The notes beneath the pieces were generated by a model. The model was not told the origin of the DNA. It saw only the letters and a list, made by a program, of their open reading frames with translations, and ran no database searches. The position numbers and the translations under genes are program-made. From Oikopleura dioica (Eukaryota; Animalia; Chordata): a stretch of DNA of 64,000 bases. Positions 20,985 through 34,547 of this stretch are shown here, one piece after another; within the stretch, counting starts at the first letter, position 1, and the number at the start of each line of letters is the position of its first letter. The stretch is taken from the NCBI GenBank assembly GCA_907165135.1, contig OU015570.1, forward strand, positions 1,612,001-1,676,000. Reading direction: 5' to 3'.

Positions 20985-21601
20985 AAATTCTTATCAGTGA
21001 TAAAAATCTTATCAGCAGATGCTCAGCAGGGTGCCAACATACGACCCTGGACATGAAACTCCTAAAGGATAATCAAATCATTGTTAAAAAGCTCTTTACA
21101 AAAAATCACCTTATTTCAGATGCAGGAACATATTCATATCAGCGATACAATCCTTATCAGTGCAGGGGGATTTAAAGCTCTGCAGGGCGCCATCTATCGA
21201 CCCTGGTCATGAAACTTCTAGAGGATATCAAAATCAATAAATTAAAGCTCAGTACAAAAAATCAGCTGATTTGAGATGCAGGAACATACTCTTATCAGGG
21301 ATTCGAGCCTTATCAGTGGGGGTCTCAGCACAGCAGGGCGCCATCTATCGACCCTTGTCATGAAACTTATAGAGGATGTTTAAAGCATCGAATGAAAGCT
21401 CCGTACAAAAATCGGCTGATTTGAGATGCAGGAACATACTCTTATCAGGGATTCGAGCTTTATCAGTGGGGGTCTCAGCACAGCAGGGCGCCATCTATCG
21501 ACCCTTGTCATGAAACTTATAGAGGATGTTTAAAGCATCGAATGAAAGCTCTGTACAAAAAATCAGCTGATTTGAGATGCAGGAACATACTCTTATCAGG
21601 G
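20985..21601 (+). repeat. ~150-bp subterminal tandem array (~4 copies)
   Basis: (T)CAGATGCAGG / TTGAGATGCAGGAACATA recurs at ~21116, 21271, 21421 and 21572. Confidence 0.9.
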
Positions 21602-23704
21602 ATTTTTGTCTTGGTAGAGGCGATTTTCATGTTTGTCGTCCATCATAAATATCACGTGAATGCTGACGATGAAATTGCTAAATTTAGTCGCTAAACTTGT
21701 CTTATGTTATGTAGAATAGAAATACAAACACGAATCAAGGATATAAATGGGGCTCGTATGAAAAAATTAACAATCATTTCTTGTGTATGTCACGATTTGA
21801 GGACAAGTTTTTGCATGGAATTTTACTTTTCAGGTGACCTGGTCACCATATTGCAATTTTAAAAATTTTAGAACTTAATACTAAATATTCCGAGTTCTTC
21901 GTTCGACGCGCAAAGAAAGTCTTCATGGCCTCAGATTCAGTATCGCTTGCGAACCACCAGAAAGGCTTTGGGAAAAAGCATAAAAAATTAAGTATATACG
22001 GCCTTAAAGAATAGCATTGATCGATGAAGAACAAAGATTTCACCTGTTGAGTCTAAGAGACAATAACATGTCGACTCATGTGCAAATGGCGGATCATATT
22101 TGTGGCGTTTTAGACAGTGACCAACTTATTTTCGGAGATGTCCTTAAGAGCAAAGTGCATGCATTTTTGTCAGGTATATTTAAGAAAGTCTTGATATGCT
22201 GACGTGAGCAATAGATATGGGTGGTGGATCCCCTCAACTCAATGCTCTTCTCGCGGAACGTTGGGGGCGAGATATTCCGACAATTTCTTGTACTCTGAAT
22301 ACTGTTGGTATGGAAATCTTAATATTTTATAGTCGAGATAACCCTACAAAATTTAAGCAAATTTCCTGTCAGAAAGATACTGTCTCAAGTATTTGAGTAG
22401 TAAGACAACGAATCTTCTCTTCCTTTTGGCGCAAATTTTGGGTCATCGTGCTGGAAGTCCGTCATTCCATTTCGACGATTCACAAACCGAGCTCAAAGCG
22501 GTACTGAAGGAAGCCAACATATCAACAAACAAGCGATTTTTCCATCCGTATGGAAATCGATTTGAGGAAAGTTGAATTTGAAAAATCATTGTTTTATCTG
22601 CAACTCTTTAGTAATCAATATCTTTAGGCTACGTTCAAGAATGCTGTCTCACTGTTTGAGATATATGATATATCATATATGACGATGTCAAGTATTTGTT
22701 CGACATTCTTGCCTATGGAAAGGATTCTGGCCGGTTTGTCGAAGTCAAAAAAGCACTTAATGGCGAAGGATGGCGTTTGATTTTGTTGGAATGCGCAGTG
22801 CTTATAATGCTGTACGTCGGGATCGCATTGCCTTTCTACAATTCTTGCCGAGAAAAAGGGGGGCATCCGGTACGGAAAAGCAAAGGTATTTCTTAGATAA
22901 AGCTGCGTTTATTAATTGAATTAAGGACTGTTTCACTCGGGCTATTGCCGCCATCGACAGGCCGCTTAGACAGCCAGAGAACACCTTCATGCGGCTCTTT
23001 GCTTCGACAAAAAATGAAAAGATGGAAGCAAACCAGAAAACTGCATACGAGTTTTTGGAAAAGAAATGTGTCAAAGGGATCTTGATGGGCGAGAGTTTCG
23101 CTGGCCTTAAGAAAAATGTGAATATTATGACGAAAAATATGCTTCTTGGAGTTCGCCAGAAGATAAAGAAGGATTTCGAGCTGTTCAAGAAATGTAAATT
23201 CCGAGAAGATGAACTTTTGACAATTTCAAATCATCGTCTTGAATCGTATGCATTTTTTCTTAATAAATAATTTATTCTTAATTAAGATGCTTTGGAGAAT
23301 TGAAATATCACCAAAAAAACTCCAAAACGTTGATGCAAATCAAATAAACAATGTTATTATTGCGAGAACCAATAGAACATTCGAGTGGATGTGGGACTTA
23401 TCATCGAATGAGCGAAATGACAACATTCTGAAAGCAAGAAAGAACAGAAGACGACGAACGCTGGAAATACGTGAAAAAAAACAGCAAGCGATTGAAGAAA
23501 GACTACAGAGAGCAAGAACAGAAACATCATTCAAAAAAAGAAAACTGAAATTTTTGCTTGAAAATGAAATTAAAATTTGAATTAAAAAGACAAATGGATT
23601 GAGACATGGTTTTTTTCAAAAAATGAAGAATTTTTGATTGCGCTTTATCTTTTGTTAACTTATTCATTTTATTCATTCTATCATCCGAAATGAACTGGGC
23701 CTGC

Positions 23705-24130
23705 CAGTTATAAGAGATGTATCACTGATAAAAAAGGATTTCTGCGTCTGAATGAGTATGGTCTTTTGTGAGTGTCATCCGTACCTCTATTTGTTCATCC
23801 TCTAGAAGTTTTATGATCAGGGTCAATGATTTGTGCCCTGCAGGGCTGATGACTGATAAGAGATATATCACTGATAAGAAAGGGTTCCTGCGTCTGAACG
23901 TCCAAGATCTATTGTGCATGTCTTCCTTTCATCCATTCTCTCATCCTATAGAAGTTTCATGAAAAGGGTAGATGATTGGTACCCCGCTGAGTTGATCACT
24001 GATAAGAGATGAATCACTGATAAGAGACGGTTCCTGCATCAGAACAAGTAAGATCTTTTGTGAATGTCTTCTTTAATTTGATTCCATCATCCTCTCGAAG
24101 TTTGAAAAAAAGTTACTTGAGCCAAGATCT
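23705..24130 (-). repeat. ~146-bp subterminal tandem array (~3 copies), inverted relative of the left array
   Basis: ATAAGAGAT...TCACTGATAA units at ~23710, 23853 and 23999; shares CTGATAAG, GTTCCTGC.TCTGA and AGTTTCATGA with the reverse complement of the left array. Confidence 0.8.
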
Positions 24131-24720
24131 GGGCGAGCGGCGGCAATTCAGCACACGAGCGCCACCCATCCCTCGCGGCGCGCCGCGCACACCGGCGATT
24201 TTTCGCCATTTTCACGACTCTAGAACTCGGGTTCTAGTAAAGATTTTTAAATTCTGATTTCAGATTTGAAATCAGGGGAATGAATTAGGGGGACACTAAA
24301 AATGGTTATTTGTTAAGCATTTTAAAATTTTAAAATTATTTGGGTGCGAACCCTAGCGCGCTCCCCGCTGCGCGACACCGGCTTCACACCGTCTTACTGC
24401 ACTTATCCCCTCATTATGACCGGATATAAGCTAAATTAAATGACAACGCGAACTTCGACCTGGTCAAAATTCAATGCGCTTTTTGATGAGGGTATTTATA
24501 ACTTTGAGTGACAAGTATTTTAGGAGCTGATTCCTTTTGAAGTTGAGCGTCACTTTTTCTCCCTCCTGAATTCAAAAATTATGATATGAAAAAAAATCAA
24601 ACGGAGACGTAAGAGGAAAAAAAATAACCCTAGATCTGAGATTTTCATTAAATTTGAAGAAGGAAAGAAAAAGTTCTGCGCTCGTGAAAAGCGGCGCGAG
24701 TTCGCTGCGGGTGGTCCCTT

Positions 24721-25602
24721 AAGAAAGAGATCTTCAGAGAAGAGGATCTTAAAGAGAGACTTCTGGTTTACACAGACGGCTCCGGAGGAGTTGGAGGTCT
24801 CTGTGTGGAAAACTTGGGCGCAAAAGAACCCTTTTACTGGCCAAGGGGCTTTGAAAACGAAGAAATCTTTATGAAAGAAGCTTATGCCATCTTGGTTTTA
24901 CTCCAGCGCAAAGGATCGCTTCTGAAAAACAGGAGGGTCCTGATTAAACATGATAACCAGGTGGTTTGCAGCGCTTTGTATCACGGCTCGCGGACAGGAA
25001 GACTTAACGAGATGGTGTTCCGTATTCACGAGGCAGCGGAGCTACACAATATTGATCTCCGGGTAGATTATGTGAACACGAAAGAGCAACTAGCGGACGA
25101 ACCGTCCAGGACCTTCGATTTCAATGGAAAAGAGATCACGGACGAGGCTTTCGATGAAATATCACGGGCGTGGCCGCAGAAATTCACATTGGATGCGTTC
25201 GCAACGAAAGAAAATGCTCGAACGGAAAGATACATCTCCCGATTTCACGACGATCAAGCATGGGCATCGGACTTCTTCCGATTCACAAAATTGAGGCACA
25301 AAGAGGTAATCTAAGCTTTCCCCCCAAGAAAAATATCCAGCATGGTCTTTCGATACTTGGACGACTACGCCATGAACATCCCATGGGCTTTGGTGGTAAT
25401 CAAGTACGAGCGAACACCTATGGCGATGACTTTGGCAAAGAGGAGAGGTCTGAAGACTTTGAAGCTGAAGTCAAAGATAGCAGTTATTTCACCTTCGCCT
25501 CAGAAAACGGAGGAGATGGGATATTACAAGCCGATCTCCGACGCGGCGACAGTCTGGACCATTTTTAATGAGCCTGATCTGTCAAACGGTAGTGGACGGT
25601 GA
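24721..25602 (+). pseudogene. DIRS-type (tyrosine-recombinase retroelement) RNase H plus N6-adenine methylase-like domain fragment
   Basis: 'VYTDGS', 'IFMKEAYAI', 'KHDNQVV', 'EQLADEPSR', then 'LDAFATKENAR...YISR...DFF...I*AFPP'; stop at 25312 where Tyr is expected; RT and recombinase not seen. Confidence 0.8.
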
Positions 25603-28600
25603 ATTGGGTTAGAGCAGCGGCTCTTTTTTATTCTGTTTTTGCGCCAGGGTCTCGCACTTACAAGAAGTGCGGTCTCTGCCTGCTTTCTAACTGATCTTTC
25701 TTTTCTGTCTTTTTATGTTCCGGAAGACCCGAGAAGGGATCTTTTTAAAACTTTTTAAGCGACATTTTGTTAAATCTCTAATATAAAACTCTGTCAGTTT
25801 TTGAACTTGTGTGTTTAGACGCTTCGAAATGGCTTTCATTTTTCCCCCTAAAGGAAAAGAGGAGTTTTTACATAAAAGGATAGGACATTTTTGGAGAGGG
25901 AATATGGGTAACAGAACAGTGGGAAGAGAGTAAACAAGAAATGCGTTCGCATATCACTGAGGAATTTTGCTTTTTTGCATTGTTTCTCAACGTGAGAATG
26001 AAGTTAACGTTTTTTCTTGCGCATATCGCATTTAACTTTGCTAGGTGGACCCTGGAAAATGGATAAATTGCTTGTGTTAAGTGCGCTTTCTAATTTTTTT
26101 ATTTGGGCCGGATTGCTTCGCAGTTTGGAGTATAACTGTGTTGCACTGTATCTTCCCTGCAGAACCCGGTTAAAAGGCGGGAAGTTTAGAAGCGTTGCCA
26201 TTTTTATTGGGTTAACAAGCTCGTTACCTATGGTTGTTTGCTGTAGGGTATGAGTCGAGAAGGCAGATGGCTGACTCGAGATTTCTTAGCCTTTCAATAG
26301 TCAAACTATTATCTAGAAGCCGCTCCTTATAAAGAGAAAGGCTTTCTAGCGCCGATATAGCTTCAAGTGCACAAAAACTACTTGTATCTGGTGCCTGGAG
26401 AAATCTTTTCAATATTTGAAAGGACTGTCTTTTTCCTGTGTTTTGTGAGTTTTGATTGGTGTTTACAGTAACAGGGACAAATTCTCGGCAAAGGAAGTAT
26501 CTACTTTTGAATATCTAATCTTTTAAATTCTCATATTTTCTGTTATCGCTTTTATAATTGCAGTCTATCCATGTAAGATGAAGAAATCTACGAACCTTTT
26601 GGTCCTAAAATGGGTTCATCATTGTCCAGGGCCCATGAGTAACTTTTAAGGGTATTTTCATAGAAAAGGATTATTTGAAGAAGAATTTTTAACGTTTGAG
26701 TAGATAATCACAGAAGTATTTTTAGAAGAGAAAAACGATGATAATTCTATCTTGATGCTTTGCTGTTTTTCAACGATTCGACGCTGCTTTACGATTCGGA
26801 ATTGCTTTGCTCTACGTTTAAAACATTGTGGTATTTTATTTTGACAAACAATTCGATTTGAACTTTTATGGAGAATTTATACGGCAACAATCTCAAATTT
26901 TTGATTAAAATAATAATTGGATCTATTTACCTTTCTGGATCAAGCCTTTGTTTGGACTTGCTTATTATTGGAAATTTAAAATTATTTGGTTTATTGATTT
27001 GGTTATAAATTTGCTTTGGAATTTGGAAAAGAATCGTGAGATACTGATGACGGTAACAATCACAGACATCAGTTCTCAAGACCGATAGCCGATTCAACCA
27101 ATGACGTCAATGATTCACTTATCAGTTCCCAGGGACAACAAGACCTTTACGTCACTTGGTTCCCATCAGCGATGCAACTCATCTATTGACGCAATTAGGT
27201 TCTCATAAATTCTTATCGACGATTATGGATTCTCCCTCATCAACAGTTTTTAAAATGCAAGCTTTACTAAAACCCTATCAAATTAAGAAAGTTGTTTGTC
27301 CTGAATGCTGATTCCTTAACGATAAAAATATGGCAATGGACAATGAAGTCTGGATAACTTATGAGATTACTGAGGCTAGCGAAAAATAAAAATGGACGAA
27401 GAAGCGATAAATTATGAGACAATGGAGAAAAGACGAGTTTGTGGACATGCTGGTGTCATTTGAAATAGCGAAAGATAAGATCAACATAGTTATTTCTTTG
27501 GTTGGACGATGATTAAATCCTGAAGAGTGATATTCGTCTTTATTCGTGGATCGAATCGAAATAATTGCCTTCCAGACGATATAACTAGAAAAAGTTTTTG
27601 GTCACTTTGTTGACGACGATATTTGATGATGGTCTTTGTGATCTTATGGCAAGGAGAAGACGTGGAAAACTTCTCAGGCCTTGATAAACCCGAAAAGTGC
27701 CAACATAGTGGACTTCGGTAGGTCGACAGCATGGAGAGGACGTCCGAATTAAACGATATCAAAGGTGAAGAAAAGTTTCTACACTGGATGAAGACTTGAC
27801 TTCACGCTGCCGAGAGAACGATTCTACAAGTTCTTGATAAAAGCAGAAGATATCGGGCTGAAAAAAAACGAACAAAAGAAAAAAACTCGTGGTGACTGCG
27901 AACAATTTGGCCGGAACTTTGCCCGTCACCTAATATAATTGTTTTGTCACTTTGGAAAACATTGGATTATGATGATTTGCAACTTTGTTTAATGGAGAGG
28001 CAATAAAAACAGTATTTCAAAACGAATCAACTTGGACAACGACGTGCTTTCTTGCGAACTGAAAAAAAAGAACCTGTAATTTTTTTTACGATTCGGTTCT
28101 CAAAAACAAAAAAAAATTACAAAGTATTCAAAAAATTACAAAAATATCAACTACGAACAATGATTTTTGCTTTGTATAGATTTTCCTTATTTCTTCCCAT
28201 CTTGCTTGTTTCTTCTAATAATCTTTTAAATATTTATTTAAATGATCAGATTTCCCTGGACTATTGAGTCCTGAACGTTCGTTCGGAAGGGACCTTCTCA
28301 TAAAGCTCATCCGTCAGGCGGAGCTAGGCAATTAAGCCGGTTTAGTTTTTACTTATGTTAGTTTCAAATTTATTAAAATACCTTTTCTCATTTATTCTTG
28401 CTCTTTGTGCGCGTGTGAGCGCCGGCGCGCTCATTTACTGTTATCACTCTTACGCGCGTTACTGTTTCTCATCAAAAGATTCTCTCTCTTTTTCTGCACT
28501 CACCGCGTATTCTTTCTTATGTATTCCCTTTCTAAATTTCTCCTTATTTCCTTAAATTTTGAGTTCTTTTATACTCCTCTTATAAATATTTAGAAGATTA

Positions 28601-29100
28601 ATTTTAAGATCCATTATTTTATGTTTACTGAAAATTATTATTCTGTACTTCAAATTTCATTCAATAAACATAAAAACCTTAGGGGGGAGGAGTGGTGTGG
28701 GGCGCTGTGCAGCCTCGTATATAAGCGGGCTCCTAGCCCGCAACCAGCACTCCTCTCCACCCTCAGGGCCAGCTCATACCAACCGCTCAGGTCTTCCAGT
28801 TATAGTGCTTAAATGCATCTTTTCACCTCTTTTTTTTTTCAATTTTTTCTTGTTGTTCCTTTTTCACTTGAAAGAAATGACAATAACAAATTTATATAAG
28901 AGGTACAGTTAAATTATTTGAAATTTTTTAAAATTCTTTTTTTTCTTGAATTTTTGCATTTCTTTCCCAATTTTTCATGCTTTTTATCCATCGCGGGCTT
29001 GTCGTTTTTTCAGAATCGTAATTCTGCGTTAACAGTATATTGCCTTTAGGGGACCCTTAAAGGTTTCACCTTTTTTTAAGATAAAAACCTTTTGCGGGTT

Positions 29101-29649
29101 TCATTGTTGTCTTCCTTTAAAATTACTCCGCCAGATTTTCGGACCTTGCTCTTGTAAGGTTAGATAATACAAAAAAGGTCGCGGCGCTCTAATGTCAATT
29201 CCTAGGGAAAAATTTTCGTTTTCTCCGACTGTAGGTGAGTAGTTGCAGTGGCAAAGTTGGACATGAGTGGGGAATAATTTTAGGCAACTAGGACAAGATG
29301 GTGGATTTCCGGTTAATTTGAGCTTAATTGCATTTGAAGTGTACCCTTTTTTAACTTTCGGCAGGTCACTTTTTAACATGTTGAATGGGATATCGAAGTT
29401 TATGGTCATTGACTTATTGTTAATAAGGTTTACGAAGTTGGGAAGATTAATAAGGTGAGTGTCTGTCCTTATTACTGTTAGCTTGCTCTTGAATTTTTTC
29501 TTATATTCAAGAAGAATTCGGAGGACTTCGGCTATTCCATCCGCAATGGGTGTTAACAGTATAAGAGTTGATCTTCTTTTTTGTTGGTCTTTTAAGGTGT
29601 GAGTTATAAGCCTCACCCAGGCTCCATTGGGGCAGGCGGGCGAATTCAT
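29101..29649 (-). CDS. orphan ORF with Cys/His cluster (CPSC...H..C.C)
   Basis: 182-codon ATG-started ORF in AT-rich DNA; family not recognised. Confidence 0.35.
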   Translation of the reverse strand: MNSPACPNGAWVRLITHTLKDQQKRRSTLILLTPIADGIAEVLRILLEYKKKFKSKLTVIRTDTHLINLPNFVNLINNKSMTINFDIPFNMLKSDLPKVKKGYTSNAIKLKLTGNPPSCPSCLKLFPTHVQLCHCNYSPTVGENENFSLGIDIRAPRPFLYYLTLQEQGPKIWRSNFKGRQQ

Positions 29650-30090
29650 TTTATTTGTCGGTTTTAACTGAAATGTGTAAGAGAAAATGCAAAAAATAAT
29701 AATTTTATCTAAAGTTGAATATAATTAAAAATTGCGTGTAAGAAGTAACTGATTGATTTTTCGTGGGGGTTGGAGGAGGTTTTCTTTTTTAGGAGCCATA
29801 AAATGAGTCAATTCTTCCTCTATTTGCCGATGGCTCCTGGCAATAAGTTATTGGCAATAATTACTTATTGCCAATTACAGTAGGAAAACTCTCCTCACTA
29901 GAAATGCTATCAGCTGATTCTTGCTGCTCTGGTAAGGGTAACGCTGATACTGTTTCTCCTCCTCTTTGTGTTAAATCGAGATAGTTTGTTCGTACAAAGG
30001 GTTGGGGAACTTTAAGGTAGGCTTCAAGAGATGACTTTTTCTTGCGAAACAAGTTAAAGATGGGTTTTGAGGATCTTGAAAATAAAGGGA

Positions 30091-30330
30091 TTATCGGGGC
30101 ATACAGTATGCCGCATACTCCTCTGGCCCTTCAAGAGTTGAGAGAATAAGATTATATAGGGCGGTGAAGATTCTTGGGTGATTATTTTCAATGAGTTTCA
30201 ATTCCGAAAAGTCGGATTGTGTAAGCAGGTTTTTAGAAATTAAAATACGAAGAAGAAGTTCGCTTTTTTCCAGACTTGAAAGAGCGTGAAAAAGAAACGA
30301 GTTCTTCATAGAAATTGGGTTTTGACTCAT
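30091..30330 (-). CDS. orphan ORF resembling a CARD/death-fold domain
   Basis: 'LLRILISKNLLTQSDFSELK...LYNLILSTLEGPEEYAAY' follows the CARD pattern 'LLD.L..K.VLT..E...IK...LLD.+...GP.A...F'. Confidence 0.35.
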   Translation of the reverse strand: MSQNPISMKNSFLFHALSSLEKSELLLRILISKNLLTQSDFSELKLIENNHPRIFTALYNLILSTLEGPEEYAAYCMPR

Positions 30331-30959
30331 AGCACTTCTTCTACAGCCACACTTCGCATTGATTGTTGGTTTGGATTGCGTTGAAAATGAGTTGCACTCG
30401 GTTGGAAATTTTCTGGCAGTTGATTAGGAAAAATAGGAGGAAGAGGAAAATGGACAAGAGAAACTTTTGATAAGGTCACGAGATAATACTGCTAAACAGA
30501 GGTTTAATTTTTATTGTCTTTCAAAAGATTGTAGTAGCTAACCCTCGGGTGTGGCGCTCTTCGGGAGCTGACTCTATTTTTATCACTTCAATTCTGATCA
30601 GAGCTCTCTCGGATCAGGACCTCAGTCCAACTAACAACCTGTTGTGGTAACGATTTGCCTTGCAAAAGAATCGGAGAGCAATTATCCGCGGTTTTTTATA
30701 AAAGCGTATATTAGGCTAGTTTTCAAGTTAAAGAGTGAACAGAAAACGAGGCTTGCGCCGGCGAAAGTTATGAACAGCAGGTGCACGAGGCGAATCTCCA
30801 AATAAGGGAATCGGCAGATTCGCGATCACAACATCCCCCCAGATTCGACTGGCGTGAAGGTTGACCGACGCAGAGTCCAAGTTGGTGACGAGAGCGGGTT
30901 CGTCGACTTGAAGCATCCTCGTTGTCTTTTCTGATCAAATAGTGATAATAAATGATTTG

Positions 30960-33900
30960 TTATGATCTTGCTTGGAAAGGTACAGTCTTTTTCCGGGCGC
31001 GCCGCGGATATCTTTCGGCGAATGATGAGGCCGGTTCAGCGTCGGGTCGTTTCTTAACAACGGGGTTCTCGGGTTGATTTTGGCTGCAATAATCCGGGTC
31101 CAGGTGCTGTGGACGGTCCTTGTAGAGAATACAGTGATGTCGGTGTACCCAGCTGAGCTTTCCACTAATGTCCAGTCGAACTATAACGCCATTAGTGTCC
31201 ACCACTTCAAAGGGACCATTCCAAGCGCCCTTGCTCTCCTTCGTTTCCGCGGACATGGGTCTTTTTAGCAGAACTCTGTCGCCCTTGGTTATCGTTATTG
31301 GTTCAATTATAGATTTTCCCTTTTTTTAGCGACGAGGTCTGCTTCCGATTGAGCTAAATCGACGAGCTTGTGGACGCGGTTTAGGGTCGCGGCTATTTCA
31401 GTGGCGTACGTTTTTGGAGAATCCGCGGATGGGTTTTCGGCCATTTGTATTCCGTCGAACGAAGGTTTTCTTCCGTAGATAATTTCGAATGGCGAGACGC
31501 GCGTTGCCACATTTTTGCATTTATTCATAGTACTCACCACTGACGGTAGAACTAATTCCCAACACAGATTTCGTTCAAGGGCGATTCCATATAACGCATT
31601 TTTGAGAACACGGTGCGATCGTTCTAGGCATCCAGTACTTTCCGGGCGATAAGGAACATGTAAATTCTGCTTGACTCCAAGCAAATGACAAAGCTCACTC
31701 AGCATTTCATTTCGGAAATGTTTACCTTGGTCGCTGCTGATTATCTTCGGGAAATCGTACAATAGAATGTGACGCATAATTTGGCGAGCAGCGTCACTTG
31801 CTCGGCACCTTGCAGTCGGATAAACCGACAAGAAACGACTGTATCCATCCATAATGGTTAATGCGTATGATTTACCGGTTTTCGATCGCTCGAGTTGTAT
31901 AAAGTCGACATAAATGATTTCCCATGGTCGCTTGGCACGGTAAAGAGTCTGCATATCTGGTTTACCTTTCTGCATGTCCTGGCCTTTTCTTTTCAGGCAA
32001 ATGTCGCAACTTGAGACAAATCCGCGGATATCGTCCAATTGATCGGGCCACCACGACCATGATAGCAATTCCCTTGTTCGATCAACTCCGGTGTGCGCTT
32101 TGTGATGAGCAGCTTTTAAATAGTGAGGAATAAGGCTTTTAGGAAGCACAAGGCACTTCTTTTCCCCCCAGTTGATCGTCAAGGCTTTACTCTCCGGATG
32201 GATTTCCAATTTCTTCGACCAGCGTTTGTATGATTCTATGCCGTAAAGACTATCTGGGACTTGCCATTTTTCCGCGGGTGTTTTGTTTTCTACAAAGTTT
32301 TTTACTGTACCTATGAGTTTATCTTCTGATTGAGCATTTACAATTATCCGCAGCTCCAGGATAGGTACGTTTGCTCAGAACTCCTGTGGCAGCTGATTTT
32401 AAAGCATAAATTTCCGCGGCGACTTCTTTGTTTTCGAGGAGCATTTTCTGTGGTAAACTTCCTCCCCCGCACCATGACGGGATATAAATTATGAGGTCGC
32501 TCTCTCCAGCCGGATTGTAGAATTTTCCTGCCAGTTCGTCGCTTGGTTTTCGTTTTTCGCACAAACTTTGTGCCACGGTCGAGACAATATGTCTGCCAGA
32601 CAATTGTCTTGTCCTTTAATGTACTGAATTGTAAATCGAAACTTACTGAGTCGATCTTGCCATCTTTGGAGCTTGTCGTTTGCCATTATTTTCTTGTCCA
32701 AGGCGCATAAAGCTTTGTGATCGGTGAGGAAGAATGGCTTTCCCTCCAAATAATATGAAAATTTCTCGATTGTCATCAATAGTGCGAAAGCTTCTCGTTC
32801 CGTCGTTGACCATTTCGATTCTGTTGACGACAGTGTTTTCGAATAAACGGCGATCAGTTTTTGTTTGTTGCCGAATTTCTGCATAATGGCTCCTCCAATA
32901 GCCACTTTGGATGCATCGCAAACAACCACAAATGGTCGAGAAAAATCAGGAGACTAAATACCTTATTACTTGCCAAGATCCTTTTTGCGTTATCGAAGCT
33001 CGCTTGAGCGTCGTCATTCCACTGAAATGGTTTATTTTGCCTGTTCAGCACAGACATTTCTTTGACGATTGAGCTGAATGAGTTGATGGCCACTCGGTCA
33101 CCAACGTTGCATGAGATCCAGCTTTTCCACCAACCAAGGGTTCCGAGGACTGACATTAATTCCTTTCTGTTCCGCGGTGGCTGCAATTCCTTTATTGCTT
33201 TCATGTTTTCTTCTGGGATGCTTATCCCTTCCGCGGAAATTTGTCGGCCCATGAATTTTGTTGATCGCCGGCCGAAATTGCACTTTTTTCCCCCCAGCTT
33301 GACGCCGAATTTTTCACAGGCATCCAAAACCTGCTCCAAGACCTGAAGATGCGTTTCTTCGTCACGGCTATGTAGCAATATATCATCCACATAGCTTTTG
33401 AAGTTGTTTTGTAGCTTTACCGTCCGTAGCATTTTTGCGACACATTTGCAAAATGCGTCACCGCTGTGTCTCATTCCGAACGGCATTCTGATGTACTGAT
33501 ACAGCTTGTCCTTATAATAAAAATTCGTTTTATGTCGGTCGTCTGGGTGGATTTCCATGTTCCAATATGCCGCGTTTATATCAATGTCAGAGAAGATGTG
33601 GTTTCCAGTCGCAATGTCCGCAAACAAACAATCTATATTTGGCACGTTCCAGATGTCCGTCTCCTCTGTGAGGCACTGGTTAAGCCCGGACTTGAAATCG
33701 GAGCATACTCTTATATCGTCGTCTTTTTTAGGGACAATGACTAGCGGACTGTAAAAACCCTTTCCATCGGGGCACTCCTCGATTATCTTCCCATTGAGCA
33801 TCGTTTCCATCTTACCATCTTTTTTCGGTTGCAGATGTTTGGCTATTGGCCGCGGTCGAGCGCTTTTCGTTAATCCAGGGATTGTCGGGATCCTCACTTG

Positions 33901-34461
33901 CTCCGAAAACAGGCCTACTTTATCGTTTGGCCCTTTGAAAACTTTTTGCTTTCGGAAGAGGACATTGATGAATCGTTCAAAATTTTCACCTTTGAAAATT
34001 GTGTTATCGAGTTTTAGTTCTTTCGTTTTCTCCAGTAGTTCCACCTTTTGCTGCGTCGTTAATTTGCTGGCTTCCATCCTAAACAGCGCGTTGACTTCTG
34101 ACCAAGGGAATAGGACCCTTCGGCCAGAGTGAATCATTATTTCCATTCCATAACCGGCGATTTTGAAGTTTCCGTGCTCGCTGCTTGAGTGTCCTATGAT
34201 AAAATCTTTGCCGAGGATTGCCGGCAAACCTTCTCTCACGATGTAAAAGCATACACCGCGGAATTTGTAATTTGATTGGTGAGCTTTCACTACTGTGGAT
34301 ATCCTACCAATTGATTTTATTCTTCCACATCCGCGGAATTCCATTGAAGTTGGCTCGATAAACTTGTGAAGTGACGATGGAAGGAGATGCATTGGCAAAA
34401 TACATTTGTCAGATCCGCTGTCGACCAATGCAGTGACTTTTAGTGTAAATCCATTCATCAT
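30960..34461 (-). pseudogene. pol: Pol of element 2 (PR-RT-RH-IN), four frameshifts
   Basis: LVDSGS, YVDD, VCDAS, H-x2-H...C-x2-C, DDE core and GPF motifs; frame breaks near 32950, 32560, 32340 and 31320; pol lies in the -1 frame relative to gag. Confidence 0.92.
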
Positions 34462-34547
34462 AAGTGTAATTTTTGTGTTGAAGAAAGAATAAGTGATATT
34501 TGTGCTGCACGATAAGCATGCTGATAATTCGCACTCATTACCAGCAT

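Larger units (their letters stand above)
20553..24355 (+). mobile_element. decayed hAT-like DNA transposon
   Basis: TIR TAGGGTTCGCAC(G/C)CAAATAATTTT at both ends, related to the TIR of the 50232 element. Fragmented transposase-like frames ~21990-23580 ('SNHRLES', 'NRTFEWM') resemble the C-terminus of the 51-53 kb transposase. No 8-bp TSD. Confidence 0.6.

Noticed and set aside
25603-28300. DIRS tyrosine recombinase or other gene in the short ORFs here
   Set aside because: No R-H-R-Y pattern or other recognisable motif; frames are short and broken.
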